A DNA stretch of 53,233 nucleotides from Nitrospinota bacterium (GCA_016200345.1 JACQEX010000058.1:1-53233); one strand, 5' to 3'. Shown: positions 28,570-38,361, counted from the stretch's first letter. The notes: generated by a model from the sequence alone, not told the origin. Translations and numbers: made by a program.

Positions 28570-29031
28570 TCAGCCTAGAAAAAACTGCAATTCGGTCAGG
28601 TAATGTTTCGGGTTTCCTTTGAAAACCATCCCCGGCCCTTTGATAAATATCTCGCGCGTCGGCAAAAGCACCTTAAGGTTGTTGTGCTCCACGTGTTTCA
28701 TGACAATTTTATACGCCTCGTCCAGTTCCTCGTACGGCCCTTCGTGAATCAGACTGAGGCATTTCCCGCCCGATAATGTGCGGATATTCGCCCCTTCGTG
28801 TTTGAAGCGCGCGGAAACCGGGATGCACGTCTCCACGTCGGCGTCGTCTTGTTTTAGCTCCAAGTCATAATGTAGATTCATCGCCGGGCCAGAAACGTGT
28901 TTTGTCACGATTCGTCCAAGATTTTTACAAACTTCCCCGGTTTTTTTGTACGGGCCTTTCCATCTGACGGAAACAACGGTCAACGGCGAGACAACTTTTT
29001 CCACGATTTCACAAACGGAATGGTTCGGCAT
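28570..29031 (-). CDS. GyrI-like small-molecule-binding protein
   Basis: HEGPYEEL..AY, PTREIFIKGPG....NP..YLTELQF; AGGAGG RBS before ATG 29031. Confidence 0.85.
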   Translation of the reverse strand: MPNHSVCEIVEKVVSPLTVVSVRWKGPYKKTGEVCKNLGRIVTKHVSGPAMNLHYDLELKQDDADVETCIPVSARFKHEGANIRTLSGGKCLSLIHEGPYEELDEAYKIVMKHVEHNNLKVLLPTREIFIKGPGMVFKGNPKHYLTELQFFLG

Positions 29032-29119
29032 ATCAAAGTCCCTCCTTGACAAAAATTAAGCCAGCATTACTAAAATGGCACACACTCTGCGCCCACTCTA
29101 CCAATCCCCATTAACGGAG

Positions 29120-29509
29120 TCAATCGTCCTTTGGGTCCAAAAGAATCGTTTTTAGACCCGACACGGTTTTTTCGACTTTTTTCAAATCACCGCGCCGTCC
29201 TTTTTCCGGTTTGATGGTGAGTCGCTCAAGAATTGACGTTGCCTTTGTCGTCTCGGATTTTTTAAAGACCCTTCTCCGATCGGCCTTTTGTTGGGCCAAT
29301 TCCACGGCTTCCATTATTTCCAGGATGTCGCGCTCCATGTTTGACGATATCGCGTGGCATAGCTCTTTGCTTGTGGAACGCAGGTGGTGAAGGTATGCCA
29401 GCAGATTTTTGGTCTTTGCCAGATAGGTCGGGTTTTCCTTAACGTCCGCTTTTTGTTTTGCGGCGGCCGTCTTTTCCGGCTTCTTAGCCGAAGTTTTTGC
29501 CTCGGTCAT
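29120..29509 (-). CDS. Small basic helical hypothetical protein
   Basis: ATGA overlap with the upstream tmk-like gene; Lys/Arg-rich KPEKGRRGDLKKVE motif. Confidence 0.75.
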   Translation of the reverse strand: MTEAKTSAKKPEKTAAAKQKADVKENPTYLAKTKNLLAYLHHLRSTSKELCHAISSNMERDILEIMEAVELAQQKADRRRVFKKSETTKATSILERLTIKPEKGRRGDLKKVEKTVSGLKTILLDPKDD

Positions 29510-30258
29510 GCGGTCTTGCCTCCCGTTTTAACTTTTTTAGCCGATGTTTGTTTTACGCTCGGTGTTTGCGCGGGACGCAAAATTCCCTCGATTTTGGCCT
29601 GCAACTCGTTTGTTATGGTGCGCGTCAGCCTGTTTCCGTTGATGATTTGAAACCCGTAGGTGTCTTTCATCGCGGTGAAGGTCTGCCTCAATTTAGTCTG
29701 GTATTGTATGAAACACTCGTATCGGTCGCCGGAGCGGCGGATGTCCATGCCGGACTCCCAGTAATCCAGCACTAGGTTTTTTCTAAGGTTTCTTTCGGCC
29801 AGAACCTTCGGCGGCACCTGAAGGTAAAACACGGCGTCCGGCACCAGCGCAATTCCGTAAACCCCCTTTATCCACTGCTCGTTTTCGCCCCGGACAATGT
29901 CCCGAGCCATCAGCGTGTAGATGTATCTGTCGGCAAGCACGACGAAGCCTGAGCGAAGCCCGGGAATAATCCTGTTTTCCAGCTGGTCGGCAAAGTCGGT
30001 GGCGTAAAAAAGGCTGTGCGTTATCGGGCTCATTACGTTTCCCTGTTTGGCGCTCTCCAACTCCTCGCCTACGAGCGTGGAGCGTTTTAGGCCGACCGTT
30101 ACGGTGGGGTAGCCGATTCTTTCGAGCCAGTTGCTTATAAGGGAAATTTGGGTGGAGCGCCCCGATCCGTCGGAACCCTCGATGACGATGAGCTTTCCCG
30201 TCAGCTGTCTTGTGTCCATCGCCGGCAGTCCGCGCCCGTAGAAATTTCGTTCGGTCAT
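29506..30258 (-). CDS. Thymidylate-kinase-like protein B (P-loop GSDGSGRST)
   Basis: GKLIVIEGSDGSGRSTQ, LADRY; NMP-kinase fold. Confidence 0.85.
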   Translation of the reverse strand: MTERNFYGRGLPAMDTRQLTGKLIVIEGSDGSGRSTQISLISNWLERIGYPTVTVGLKRSTLVGEELESAKQGNVMSPITHSLFYATDFADQLENRIIPGLRSGFVVLADRYIYTLMARDIVRGENEQWIKGVYGIALVPDAVFYLQVPPKVLAERNLRKNLVLDYWESGMDIRRSGDRYECFIQYQTKLRQTFTAMKDTYGFQIINGNRLTRTITNELQAKIEGILRPAQTPSVKQTSAKKVKTGGKTA

Positions 30259-30947
30259 TTATTGTCCCTCCATTTGTATTTTGGCAGGTCAATTTTATCG
30301 CGGATGATTTTTCTAAGTTTTTCCTGCTGGACGTTGGGCGACTCGGTGCCGTCCACAAGGGTGAAGTCAAACTCCTTGGCCATGCTTAAGTATTCGTTGT
30401 AAATTCCGGTTTGGAAAATCTTGAAGCTTTCCTCGGGGTCGTTTGAAAGGCCCAGGTCCATCCCGGCCTCGTGGTATTTTAGCTCAGGCCTGCCGCTTAA
30501 AATACGGTCTATCGCGGTCTCGATGGGAAGTTTGAAGAAAAATGTGATGTCGGGCTGGCGGACGAAGCCGTAGAGCGTCCTCAGCCACTCCTTGTCGCAC
30601 CCGCGCATGGCGTCGCGCGCGAATGCCGTAAATTTATAACGGTCGGCAAGCACTATGTATCCGGCGCGGAGAAGGGGCAGTATCTGCCGCTCGTACCTGT
30701 CGGCAAAATCGGTGCAGTGAATAAGCGAGAACGTGGTTGGCGTCAAAAGTTTTCTTTTTTTCCCTTTTCTTGTGGCGTCCTTCACGAGGTCGGACGAGTT
30801 CCACTCGGTAAAGGCGACCTTGTACCCCTCCAGTTCGAGCCATCGTTTTATAAGGTGGATTTGGGTGGATTTGCCGGAGCCGTCCATTCCCTCCACGGCG
30901 ATGAGCTTGCCGGCGATTTCATGATGAAAGTGCGTTTGTAGGGTCAT
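30255..30947 (-). CDS. Thymidylate-kinase-like protein A (P-loop GMDGSGKST)
   Basis: GKLIAVEGMDGSGKSTQ, LADRY, PDITFF. Confidence 0.88.
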   Translation of the reverse strand: MTLQTHFHHEIAGKLIAVEGMDGSGKSTQIHLIKRWLELEGYKVAFTEWNSSDLVKDATRKGKKRKLLTPTTFSLIHCTDFADRYERQILPLLRAGYIVLADRYKFTAFARDAMRGCDKEWLRTLYGFVRQPDITFFFKLPIETAIDRILSGRPELKYHEAGMDLGLSNDPEESFKIFQTGIYNEYLSMAKEFDFTLVDGTESPNVQQEKLRKIIRDKIDLPKYKWRDNK

Positions 30948-30957
30948 TTATATTTTC

Positions 30958-32466
30958 CTATTCCAAAACTAATTTTAATTGAAAAACTTCCTCGAAGAGG
31001 TCGCATTTCCTTGCCAGCTTCCATTTCTCTATCAAAAGGTCCCCGGATCCCTCAAGGGCCAGGGACGCCTTGCTTTTTGTCAGATCCAAACGGAATTTCT
31101 TCACAATTCCCTCGTGCTCCGTGTCCATGGCGTCGGCAAGCCTCAAAAGCGCGGAGAGTTTCGTGGTCGCGGCTTTTCCCGCGGTGGAAAGAGCCGCAAA
31201 GCCCTCGTGTCTTTCCGTGGGCGAGGCCATCCGGTGGTACCGCGCGATGTTTGCGACTACGGCCTGTTGTTCCTTGTTAAGGCCGATAATCGGCGTGGAG
31301 GAAAGCAGGTAGTAGGTGTGCTTGTGGTGTTTTGAAACCCCGATGAAGGAGCCCACGTCGTGCAGAAGGGCCGCGGCCTCCAGTAGAACGCGGTGTTCGC
31401 CGTTAAGTCCGTGCAGTTCTTTGGTCGCGTCGAACAACATCCCGGAAAGCCGGGCCACGGTTTCGGCGTGCGACTCGTCGTATTGATATTTTTTTCCGAT
31501 TAATCTTGCCGAGGAGAGGGCCTGCTCGCGCTGGATTCCCTTTGTCCCGGCGTATATGCCGCCCCACAGGTCCAGCAAAACTCCATCGCGCAGTCCGACG
31601 TACGGAACGTGAACATTCTCCACCTCCGCCAACTTTGCGATTCTTTGAAGGACGATTGCGGCGGGGAGGATTACGTCCGCCCTGTCGGGTCGCAGGCCAA
31701 TTTCTCGGATTCGCTCCTCGAAGGAGAGGTTTTGAAGTTTTTTTACCAGAGAGTTTAGGAGGGGGAGGGGGATGACCTCGTTCGAGTCGCCGCCCATCTC
31801 GTCCTTGCACAGTCCGCCCATCGTCTCTATGTTTCCGCCGGTGCCGACGCAAAGGTCGATTTTTTTGGGGCCGATAGCCTTTTTAAAATCCTTTTTTAGG
31901 CCGCCAACGTATTCCTGCACCATTTGCGCGAATTCCTTTTCGTCGGTTTTTTTCCCCTTCAACTCGCAAATCAGCCTTACCGTTCCGATGTCGAGGCTGA
32001 CTGACGACGCTATTTTTTCGTTATCCGTCAGGGTAATCTCAACGCTCCCCCCGCCAATCTCGACCAACAGCGCGGTTTTCTGGCGCGTGTCCATCTTGTT
32101 TTGGACCGCCAGGTTTATTAGCCTGGCCTCCTCCTCGCCGCCGATTATCTCGACGTCAATCCCCAGGTTTTTTTTGGCCCGCGCCACGAATTGCGCGCCG
32201 TTTTTTGCGTCGCGAAGGGCGCTGGTGCCTACGGTTTTGGAGAGGACGACGCCGTAATTGTTCATAAGGCCTTTAAACCTTTCCAGCGCCTTTAACGCCC
32301 CGTCCATCATTTTTTCGGAAATCTGGTCGTTTGAGAACACGTCCTGCCCCAAACGAACCGCCTCGCGCGCGCGTTCGACGACCTCCATGCGCCGATTTTG
32401 GTCGGCGTTTGCGATGATGAGCCTAATGGCGTTCGAGCCTATGTCAATTCCAGCAATGGCCGGCAT
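30958..32466 (-). CDS. ppx: Ppx/GppA exopolyphosphatase with C-terminal HD domain
   Basis: IDIGSNAIRL, VRLG, GTSALRDA.N, GEEEARL, EIGGGS.E, RADVILPA, GLRDG, LLHDVG....HHKH. Confidence 0.93.
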   Translation of the reverse strand: MPAIAGIDIGSNAIRLIIANADQNRRMEVVERAREAVRLGQDVFSNDQISEKMMDGALKALERFKGLMNNYGVVLSKTVGTSALRDAKNGAQFVARAKKNLGIDVEIIGGEEEARLINLAVQNKMDTRQKTALLVEIGGGSVEITLTDNEKIASSVSLDIGTVRLICELKGKKTDEKEFAQMVQEYVGGLKKDFKKAIGPKKIDLCVGTGGNIETMGGLCKDEMGGDSNEVIPLPLLNSLVKKLQNLSFEERIREIGLRPDRADVILPAAIVLQRIAKLAEVENVHVPYVGLRDGVLLDLWGGIYAGTKGIQREQALSSARLIGKKYQYDESHAETVARLSGMLFDATKELHGLNGEHRVLLEAAALLHDVGSFIGVSKHHKHTYYLLSSTPIIGLNKEQQAVVANIARYHRMASPTERHEGFAALSTAGKAATTKLSALLRLADAMDTEHEGIVKKFRLDLTKSKASLALEGSGDLLIEKWKLARKCDLFEEVFQLKLVLE

Positions 32467-32483
32467 TTTTCACTTCCTTTCAA

Positions 32484-32547
32484 ATTATAACGAGAATACA
32501 CAAAAATCGGTTAAGGAAGCGTTAAGGGCGCGTTAGCGAGCCGTTAA
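32484..32547 (-). promoter_or_regulatory. Four Pho-box-like direct repeats plus TATAAT upstream of ppx
   Basis: Plus-strand GTTAA/GTTAG at 32510, 32521, 32532, 32543 (exact 11-bp period; TTAAC/CTAAC on the minus strand); minus-strand TATAAT at 32484-32489. Confidence 0.65.
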
Positions 32548-34400
32548 ACAAGGAAGCGCCCCACGCGCGCGATGAAATCATAACCATCCCCCTTTTTGCT
32601 TATAAAATCGTTTCCTCCGAGTCTGAAAACTTTTTCGCCGGTTTCCAAATCCGGTTTGGCGGTTATGGCCAACAAAGGAATCGCGTCAAATTTGTGGTTT
32701 CCCCTCATTTCCTTCAACAGCTGAAAGCCGTCCATGACGGGCATGAAGACGTCGGCTATTACCAGATGAAAGGCGAAGGTGTTTAGCAGTTCAAGCGCCT
32801 CGGCCCCGTTTTCGGCCTCCTTTACCTCCACGTTCAGCGGTTGCAAATATTCCTTGTAGATGGAACGGGAAAGCGGATCGTCGTCCACCAGCAACACCAA
32901 CGGTTTTACAAGGGGAAGCGATGCGTGAAAAACGCTCCCTTTCCCGACGGCGGATTCCACGGTTATGGCGCCGCCGTGCGCCTTCATGATGTCCAGCGAA
33001 AGCGGGAGGCCGTAGCCCGTGCCCTTCTCGCCGGCGGTGCCGGTTGTGGCGGTTTTATGCTCCAACGAAAAAATGGTCTCGATGGATTCCGGCGGGACGC
33101 CGACACCGTCGTCGGACACGGACAGGGTGGCCGGGTTGTCATGCTGGGTGAAGACGGTTATTGTTCCGCCGGGCTTGCTAAACTTGATTGCGTTTGTGAG
33201 GAGGTTTTGAACCACCTCGTAGTACAGCACCTGGTCCGCATAAATTCTTGTTTTTGGCCTCACCTCGTTTTTAAGGGCAAGCCCTTTTTTCGAGGCTATC
33301 GGGCCGAGGTTGGCGAACGCCTGTTCCACCACGGAATAAGCGTCCATAAAAACCTTTTTCAGGCTAATTTTTCCGGAGCGAAGTTTGTTGATGTTCAGGA
33401 CGTCGTCAATCAAGCGCGCCATGTTTTCGGTGTTTTGAATAATCAGCTCGACGAATCCGCGAACCTCCTCCACGTTCCCCCTGCCCAGGTTGTCCTTTAT
33501 TATCTTAAGGAACCCGGAGACCACCGAAAGAGGCGCCCGAAGGTCGTGCGCGACGAGCGAGACGAATTGATCCTTAAGTTTAATGGCCTGCTCGGCCAGT
33601 TCCTTGGCCTCCGTCAAACTTTGCTCTATTATTTTGCGGTCGGTTATGTCCTGCGTTGTTCCGGCAAGTTTTATGGCGACGTCCATGTCATCGTGCATGA
33701 CGCTTGCCTGGACGTGCACCCATCGCAACTGTCCGTCGGGGAGGATTATCCTATATTCGCAGGTGTACGGGATTTGTTTTTCCAAAGCATTTTTGATGAT
33801 TTTTACCAAGCCTTCCTTGTCCTGCGGGTGGACTTGTTGTATGAACCTTTCGAAGGTGATTTTCGCCTCGTTGGGAGAGAGGCCAAAAATGCGGTAGTGC
33901 TCGTCTGACCAGGTTGTTTCGTTTGTCCTGAGGTCGCGTTCCCAGTTTCCCAAATGCGAGAGCGAGGCGGCGTATTTAAGCTGTTTTTCGCTCTCCCTCA
34001 GCCGTTGCTCGATTTTTGTTTTGTAGAGGGTGATTTCCAACGCTATTTGAAGCTCTTTTTCCTCGAACGGTTTGAATATGTACCCGAACGGCTCGGTAAT
34101 GGAGGCCCGTTTTAGCATCTCGTCGTCGAAAAAGGCGGTTAGAAATATCACCGGGGTGGGGAGCAGTTTTTTTATTTTATTCGCGGTTTCTATTCCGTCG
34201 TACTTCCCCTTTAATATTATGTCCATAAGGATGACGTCCGGCCTCAACTGCGTCACCTTCATCATCGCCTCCTCGCCGGTGGAGGCGGTTCCGGCGACGG
34301 CGTAGCCGAGTTTTTCCACCGTGCGCTTTATGTCCATGGAGACGATAGTCTCGTCCTCCACGATTAAAATCCTTGGCCGCATCTTAAGTTCCTTCGTCAT
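32544..34400 (-). CDS. Hybrid histidine kinase (REC-PAS-HisKA-HATPase-REC)
   Basis: ILIVEDE..LMDI; PAS (WSDE.YRIFG, VHP.D); AHDLRAPL; NLLTNAIKFS; GTGYGL; C-terminal REC. Confidence 0.93.
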   Translation of the reverse strand: MTKELKMRPRILIVEDETIVSMDIKRTVEKLGYAVAGTASTGEEAMMKVTQLRPDVILMDIILKGKYDGIETANKIKKLLPTPVIFLTAFFDDEMLKRASITEPFGYIFKPFEEKELQIALEITLYKTKIEQRLRESEKQLKYAASLSHLGNWERDLRTNETTWSDEHYRIFGLSPNEAKITFERFIQQVHPQDKEGLVKIIKNALEKQIPYTCEYRIILPDGQLRWVHVQASVMHDDMDVAIKLAGTTQDITDRKIIEQSLTEAKELAEQAIKLKDQFVSLVAHDLRAPLSVVSGFLKIIKDNLGRGNVEEVRGFVELIIQNTENMARLIDDVLNINKLRSGKISLKKVFMDAYSVVEQAFANLGPIASKKGLALKNEVRPKTRIYADQVLYYEVVQNLLTNAIKFSKPGGTITVFTQHDNPATLSVSDDGVGVPPESIETIFSLEHKTATTGTAGEKGTGYGLPLSLDIMKAHGGAITVESAVGKGSVFHASLPLVKPLVLLVDDDPLSRSIYKEYLQPLNVEVKEAENGAEALELLNTFAFHLVIADVFMPVMDGFQLLKEMRGNHKFDAIPLLAITAKPDLETGEKVFRLGGNDFISKKGDGYDFIARVGRFLV

Positions 34401-35854
34401 GCATTTTTGTTGAACCTTATGCGAATCGTCGTTTTTTCGCCGCGTTCAAAATCAATTGTTCCCTGTAGCTGGTCTTTCACCAACTGCGTCACCAAATCCA
34501 GCCCGAAACTCCCGACGTCCCCGACGTCCCTTCTCATGCCCACGCCGTCGTCCTCCACGAGGATTTCAACCGCTCCGTCCGGCGATGAAGAGGCGGTAAT
34601 CCACGCGTTCCCCTTTTTTCCGCCCGGGAACGCGTGCTTAATGATGTTCGTGACAAGCTCGTTCATCACAATGCCGCAGGGAATCGCATAGTCGGCGCCA
34701 AGCGAAACCCCTTCGGCGCTGACGGTGAACTTAATTTTATCTTTGCCGACCCCCTCGTACCCTTTTGCCAAAGTCGAGACCATCTCGCTGAAATACTCTC
34801 CCATCATGATATCTGAAACGCCGCCGGGTTTGTAGAGTTTTTCGTGCAACAACGAGATGGAGCGCACCAAAGCCTCGCTTTCCTTAAACTGCTCCAAATC
34901 CTTGGGGTCTTTTATGTTCCTCGACTTAAGGCGCAGGATGCTTGCGACAATTTGCAGGTTGTTTTTCACCCTGTGGTGAATTTCGCGGAGCAACAGCTCT
35001 TTTTCCTCGTACTGTCCTCGTAAAATTTCCTCGTCCCTCATTCTTTCGGATATCTCCGCGCCAAGCCGTTCGTTCGCCGCCGTAAGGTCGGCGACCCGTT
35101 CCCTGACGGTGCGCTCCAGGTTTTCCTTGGCGGATTTAAGCAGGTTTTCGGCGACCTCGCGGTCCGCCATCTCGTGAAGAAGCTCGTCGTATGAGTTTTG
35201 CACGTTTTTGGCCATCGGCCTGAATATGAACAACGCCTCCATGATCAGCAGTGAAATGGCGAAAAGGGTGACGACGGTCTGGCTGTTTTTTAGTTTGGTT
35301 ACGCGCTCGTCGGCCCTTTTTTGGAACTCGAACACGGTCATGTTCATCAGGTCAAGAAATTGCGGCGAGGCCTCGACAATTTCTTTTAATGGAGGGGATG
35401 AGAGGGGAATGGCGCCGGAATCTGAGGTTTTAAGGAGAATCAGTTTTTCCAGCCCGTCCTTGACGTTTTGGAAATACGGGTTCATCTCGGCAAAATAGCC
35501 CTCGGCTTTTTTGTCGGTGTTTTTCGGGAGGCCCAGCGCCTCGTTTCCGTTTTGTAGTCCCGCCTGAACCGTTGTCCATTCGTCCAGCGAGGCGCGGATT
35601 GTCCCTCGATAAATCTCAATCTCCCCCTTGTCCGTGGTCTGCGCGAAAAGCAGGGCGGTTTTTGTGAGCTTTTGCGAGAGCATTCGTTGACGTCCCGAGA
35701 GGTTGATTAAATTCGCGTCCGCCTCGTTCTGGTGGATGATGAGCCGGGTTGTGACGTGGCCGAGAATGACCAGCGTGGCGATGAGCGAAAGGGCGGCGAC
35801 GTAGCGGATGGTTATGTATTTTAACTTATGTATTCTGGAAAAATGTTTATCCAT
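34397..35854 (-). CDS. Membrane histidine kinase with NarX/PilJ-type sensor and HisKA_2 core
   Basis: Two TMs; INLSGRQRMLSQK (P-box-like); EIHHRVKNNLQ; ELVTNIIKHAF; DDGVG. Confidence 0.9.
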   Translation of the reverse strand: MDKHFSRIHKLKYITIRYVAALSLIATLVILGHVTTRLIIHQNEADANLINLSGRQRMLSQKLTKTALLFAQTTDKGEIEIYRGTIRASLDEWTTVQAGLQNGNEALGLPKNTDKKAEGYFAEMNPYFQNVKDGLEKLILLKTSDSGAIPLSSPPLKEIVEASPQFLDLMNMTVFEFQKRADERVTKLKNSQTVVTLFAISLLIMEALFIFRPMAKNVQNSYDELLHEMADREVAENLLKSAKENLERTVRERVADLTAANERLGAEISERMRDEEILRGQYEEKELLLREIHHRVKNNLQIVASILRLKSRNIKDPKDLEQFKESEALVRSISLLHEKLYKPGGVSDIMMGEYFSEMVSTLAKGYEGVGKDKIKFTVSAEGVSLGADYAIPCGIVMNELVTNIIKHAFPGGKKGNAWITASSSPDGAVEILVEDDGVGMRRDVGDVGSFGLDLVTQLVKDQLQGTIDFERGEKTTIRIRFNKNA

Positions 35855-36953
35855 TTACGTAGTTGCGCGTAATTCGCGGGCCGGAACCCATCCGGCACAA
35901 AACCTCGTAGGATATCGTTCCAGTAAGCTCCGCCAGTTTTTCGGCGGAGGTCTCCTCGTGCCCGCCGCCAAGCAGAACGACCTCGTCCCCCGGCTTGGCG
36001 CCGGAGCACTTGCTTAGGTCCACCATGAAATTATCCATGCAGACCATCCCGAGTATCGGGACGGCCCTTTCGTTTATCACCACGCTCCCTTTGTTCGACA
36101 AAAGCCTGTTGACCCCGTCCGCATACCCGCCCATGACGACTCCGATTTTTTTAATCCTCGGCGTTATGTAGGTGGCGCCGTATCCGACGCCCTCTCCCTG
36201 CTGGACGTCCTTTACGGAAAGGAGTTTGCTCGTGACCGTCATAACTTCCTCGAACTCGACGCCTTTGGTCTCGGAAGGCGGATACCCGTAAAGCGAAATT
36301 CCCGGGCGCACCATGGTGAAGTGCGACGGCTTGTGGTTGATTACGCCGCCGCTGTTCGCGGCGTGGACGTAGGTCGGCGCAAGGCCCGCGCGTCTGGCCT
36401 CGGCAAGCACCGCGTTGAACCTCATCAACTGGTGGTCGGTCTGCGGCGAGCCGAGGTCGGCGGAGGAGGCGAGGTGCGTCATGATTCCCTCCACCTGGAG
36501 GTTTTTGAGTTTTACCAACTGCTCCAGCGCCTTCGCGCTGTCCGACATCGTCCAGCCGATTCTTCCCATGCCCGTGTCGAACTTTATGTGGATTGGAATT
36601 TTTCTGGCCTTCTTTTTTCCGATTTTGTCCAACTCCCTCGCGGAGTCAACGCTGAACACTACGGGGGTCAGCCTGTATTTAACGGCGTCCTCGGCTTGGT
36701 CGGGGAAAATGCCGTCCAGCAAAAGAACGGGGGACGCGATTTTTTCTTGGCGGATGAGAATTCCCTCGTCCAGCGTTCCCGCGCCGAGGACGGGGGCGCC
36801 GAGCTTTAGGGCCTCCTTTGCCATCCTTATCATTCCGTGGCCGTATGCGTCGGCCTTTATCACCGGAAGGACGGCTACGTTTTTGCCGACGATCTGTTTT
36901 ATTGACTGATGGTTTCGCCTGAAGGCCCCAAGGTCAATGCTCGCCTTTAGCAC
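35847..36953 (-). CDS. alr: Alanine racemase
   Basis: VIKADAYGHG, HIKFDTGMGRIG, HAANSG, VRPGISLYG, GYADG, CMD, GTISYE. Confidence 0.96.
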   Translation of the reverse strand: MLKASIDLGAFRRNHQSIKQIVGKNVAVLPVIKADAYGHGMIRMAKEALKLGAPVLGAGTLDEGILIRQEKIASPVLLLDGIFPDQAEDAVKYRLTPVVFSVDSARELDKIGKKKARKIPIHIKFDTGMGRIGWTMSDSAKALEQLVKLKNLQVEGIMTHLASSADLGSPQTDHQLMRFNAVLAEARRAGLAPTYVHAANSGGVINHKPSHFTMVRPGISLYGYPPSETKGVEFEEVMTVTSKLLSVKDVQQGEGVGYGATYITPRIKKIGVVMGGYADGVNRLLSNKGSVVINERAVPILGMVCMDNFMVDLSKCSGAKPGDEVVLLGGGHEETSAEKLAELTGTISYEVLCRMGSGPRITRNYVNG

Positions 36954-36957
36954 AGGG

Positions 36958-38349
36958 CTATTCCCCCATGTCCGTTTCGAACGACGGCGAGTCGTACGAC
37001 GCGGCGTCGAATCTCGTGCACTCCTTGTTGAAGGCGAGTTTGACGGCGCCCACGGGGCCGTTTCTCTGCTTTGCGATTATGACCTCGGCCAGCCCCTGCA
37101 CTTCCAGCTTGTCGGGCGAGTAGTATTCCTCGCGGTAGACGAACGCAACGAGGTCGGCGTCCTGTTCTATGGAGCCGGATTCGCGGAGGTCGGAGAGTTG
37201 CGGCCTTTTGTTGGTGCGTTCCTCAACTTTTCTGGAGAGCTGTGAGATGGCGATGACCGGCACCTTAAGCTCGCGCGCCATCGCCTTCAGCCCCCTCGTG
37301 ATTTCGGATATTTCCAAGACCCTGCTTTCCGGGTGTCCGCGCCCGGTCATAAGTTGCAGGTAGTCTATTACGATCATGTCCAGCTTGTTGTCGGCCTTTA
37401 GGCGGCGCGCCTTCGCGCGGATGTCCAGCACGGTCTGCATGGCGCCGTCGTCTATCGTTATGGCGGTTTCGTACAGTTCGCCGACCGCCTGCGTGATTTT
37501 GGGCCAGTCGCTGTGCGCCAGGTAGCCGGTTCTGATTTTGTGCATGGATATTCTGCTGAGCGACGAGATGATTCTAAGGACGAGTTGCATCGCGGACATT
37601 TCGAGCGAGAAAAAGGCGACGGCCTTGTTGTGCCTCACGGCGAGGTATTCCATGATGTTTATGCAGATGGCGGTTTTTCCCATCGAGGGTCTTCCGGCCA
37701 TTATTATCAGGTCGCCCGGCTGGAAGCCCGCCGTCATCTCGTCGAACTTCGACCATCCGGTCGGGAGGCCGGTGATTAGCTCCTTTCTCTCGAAAAGTCG
37801 CTCGATGTCCTTTATGGTCTCCTTGACGATTGTCTTAATGTCCTTCGCGTTTTCCTTTAGCCTGTCCTGCGCGAGGTCGAAGATTAATTTTTCGGCGCGG
37901 TCTATTATGTCGTCCACGTCGTCGGAGTCCTCGTAGCCGAGGTTCATCACCTCGCCGGCGGTGACCACGAGTTTTCGCAGGAGGGCCTTTTCCTTAACGA
38001 TTTTTGCGTGGGTGCCGACGTTGGAGGCGGTGGGGGTTAGCTCCGCCAGTTTTGCGAGGTAGTCTGTTCCGCCGACGTCGTCCAGCAGTTTCTTTTTACG
38101 AAGATGCTCCGAGACGGTGATGATGTCCACCGGCTCGTTTTTTTCGTAAAGCTCGATGAAGACGCCGTAGATGAGTTTGTGGGCGGGCTTGTAAAACTCC
38201 TCGCCGGTCTTTAGAAAATCAAGGGCCTTTCCCAGGCCCTCGTTGTCGAAGAGCACCCCGCCAAGGACGGATTGTTCCGCCTCTATGCTGTGGGGCGGAA
38301 CCCGTCCCGCCCCCGTTGCGACGCCAAGGGGATGGGGTGCGAATGCCAT
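36958..38349 (-). CDS. dnaB: Replicative DNA helicase
   Basis: PPHSIEAEQSVLG, GRPSMGKT, FSLEMS, IDYLQLM, SQLSR, SDLRESGSIEQDAD, KQRNGP. Confidence 0.97.
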   Translation of the reverse strand: MAFAPHPLGVATGAGRVPPHSIEAEQSVLGGVLFDNEGLGKALDFLKTGEEFYKPAHKLIYGVFIELYEKNEPVDIITVSEHLRKKKLLDDVGGTDYLAKLAELTPTASNVGTHAKIVKEKALLRKLVVTAGEVMNLGYEDSDDVDDIIDRAEKLIFDLAQDRLKENAKDIKTIVKETIKDIERLFERKELITGLPTGWSKFDEMTAGFQPGDLIIMAGRPSMGKTAICINIMEYLAVRHNKAVAFFSLEMSAMQLVLRIISSLSRISMHKIRTGYLAHSDWPKITQAVGELYETAITIDDGAMQTVLDIRAKARRLKADNKLDMIVIDYLQLMTGRGHPESRVLEISEITRGLKAMARELKVPVIAISQLSRKVEERTNKRPQLSDLRESGSIEQDADLVAFVYREEYYSPDKLEVQGLAEVIIAKQRNGPVGAVKLAFNKECTRFDAASYDSPSFETDMGE

Positions 38350-38361
38350 TTTTCCGTCAGC

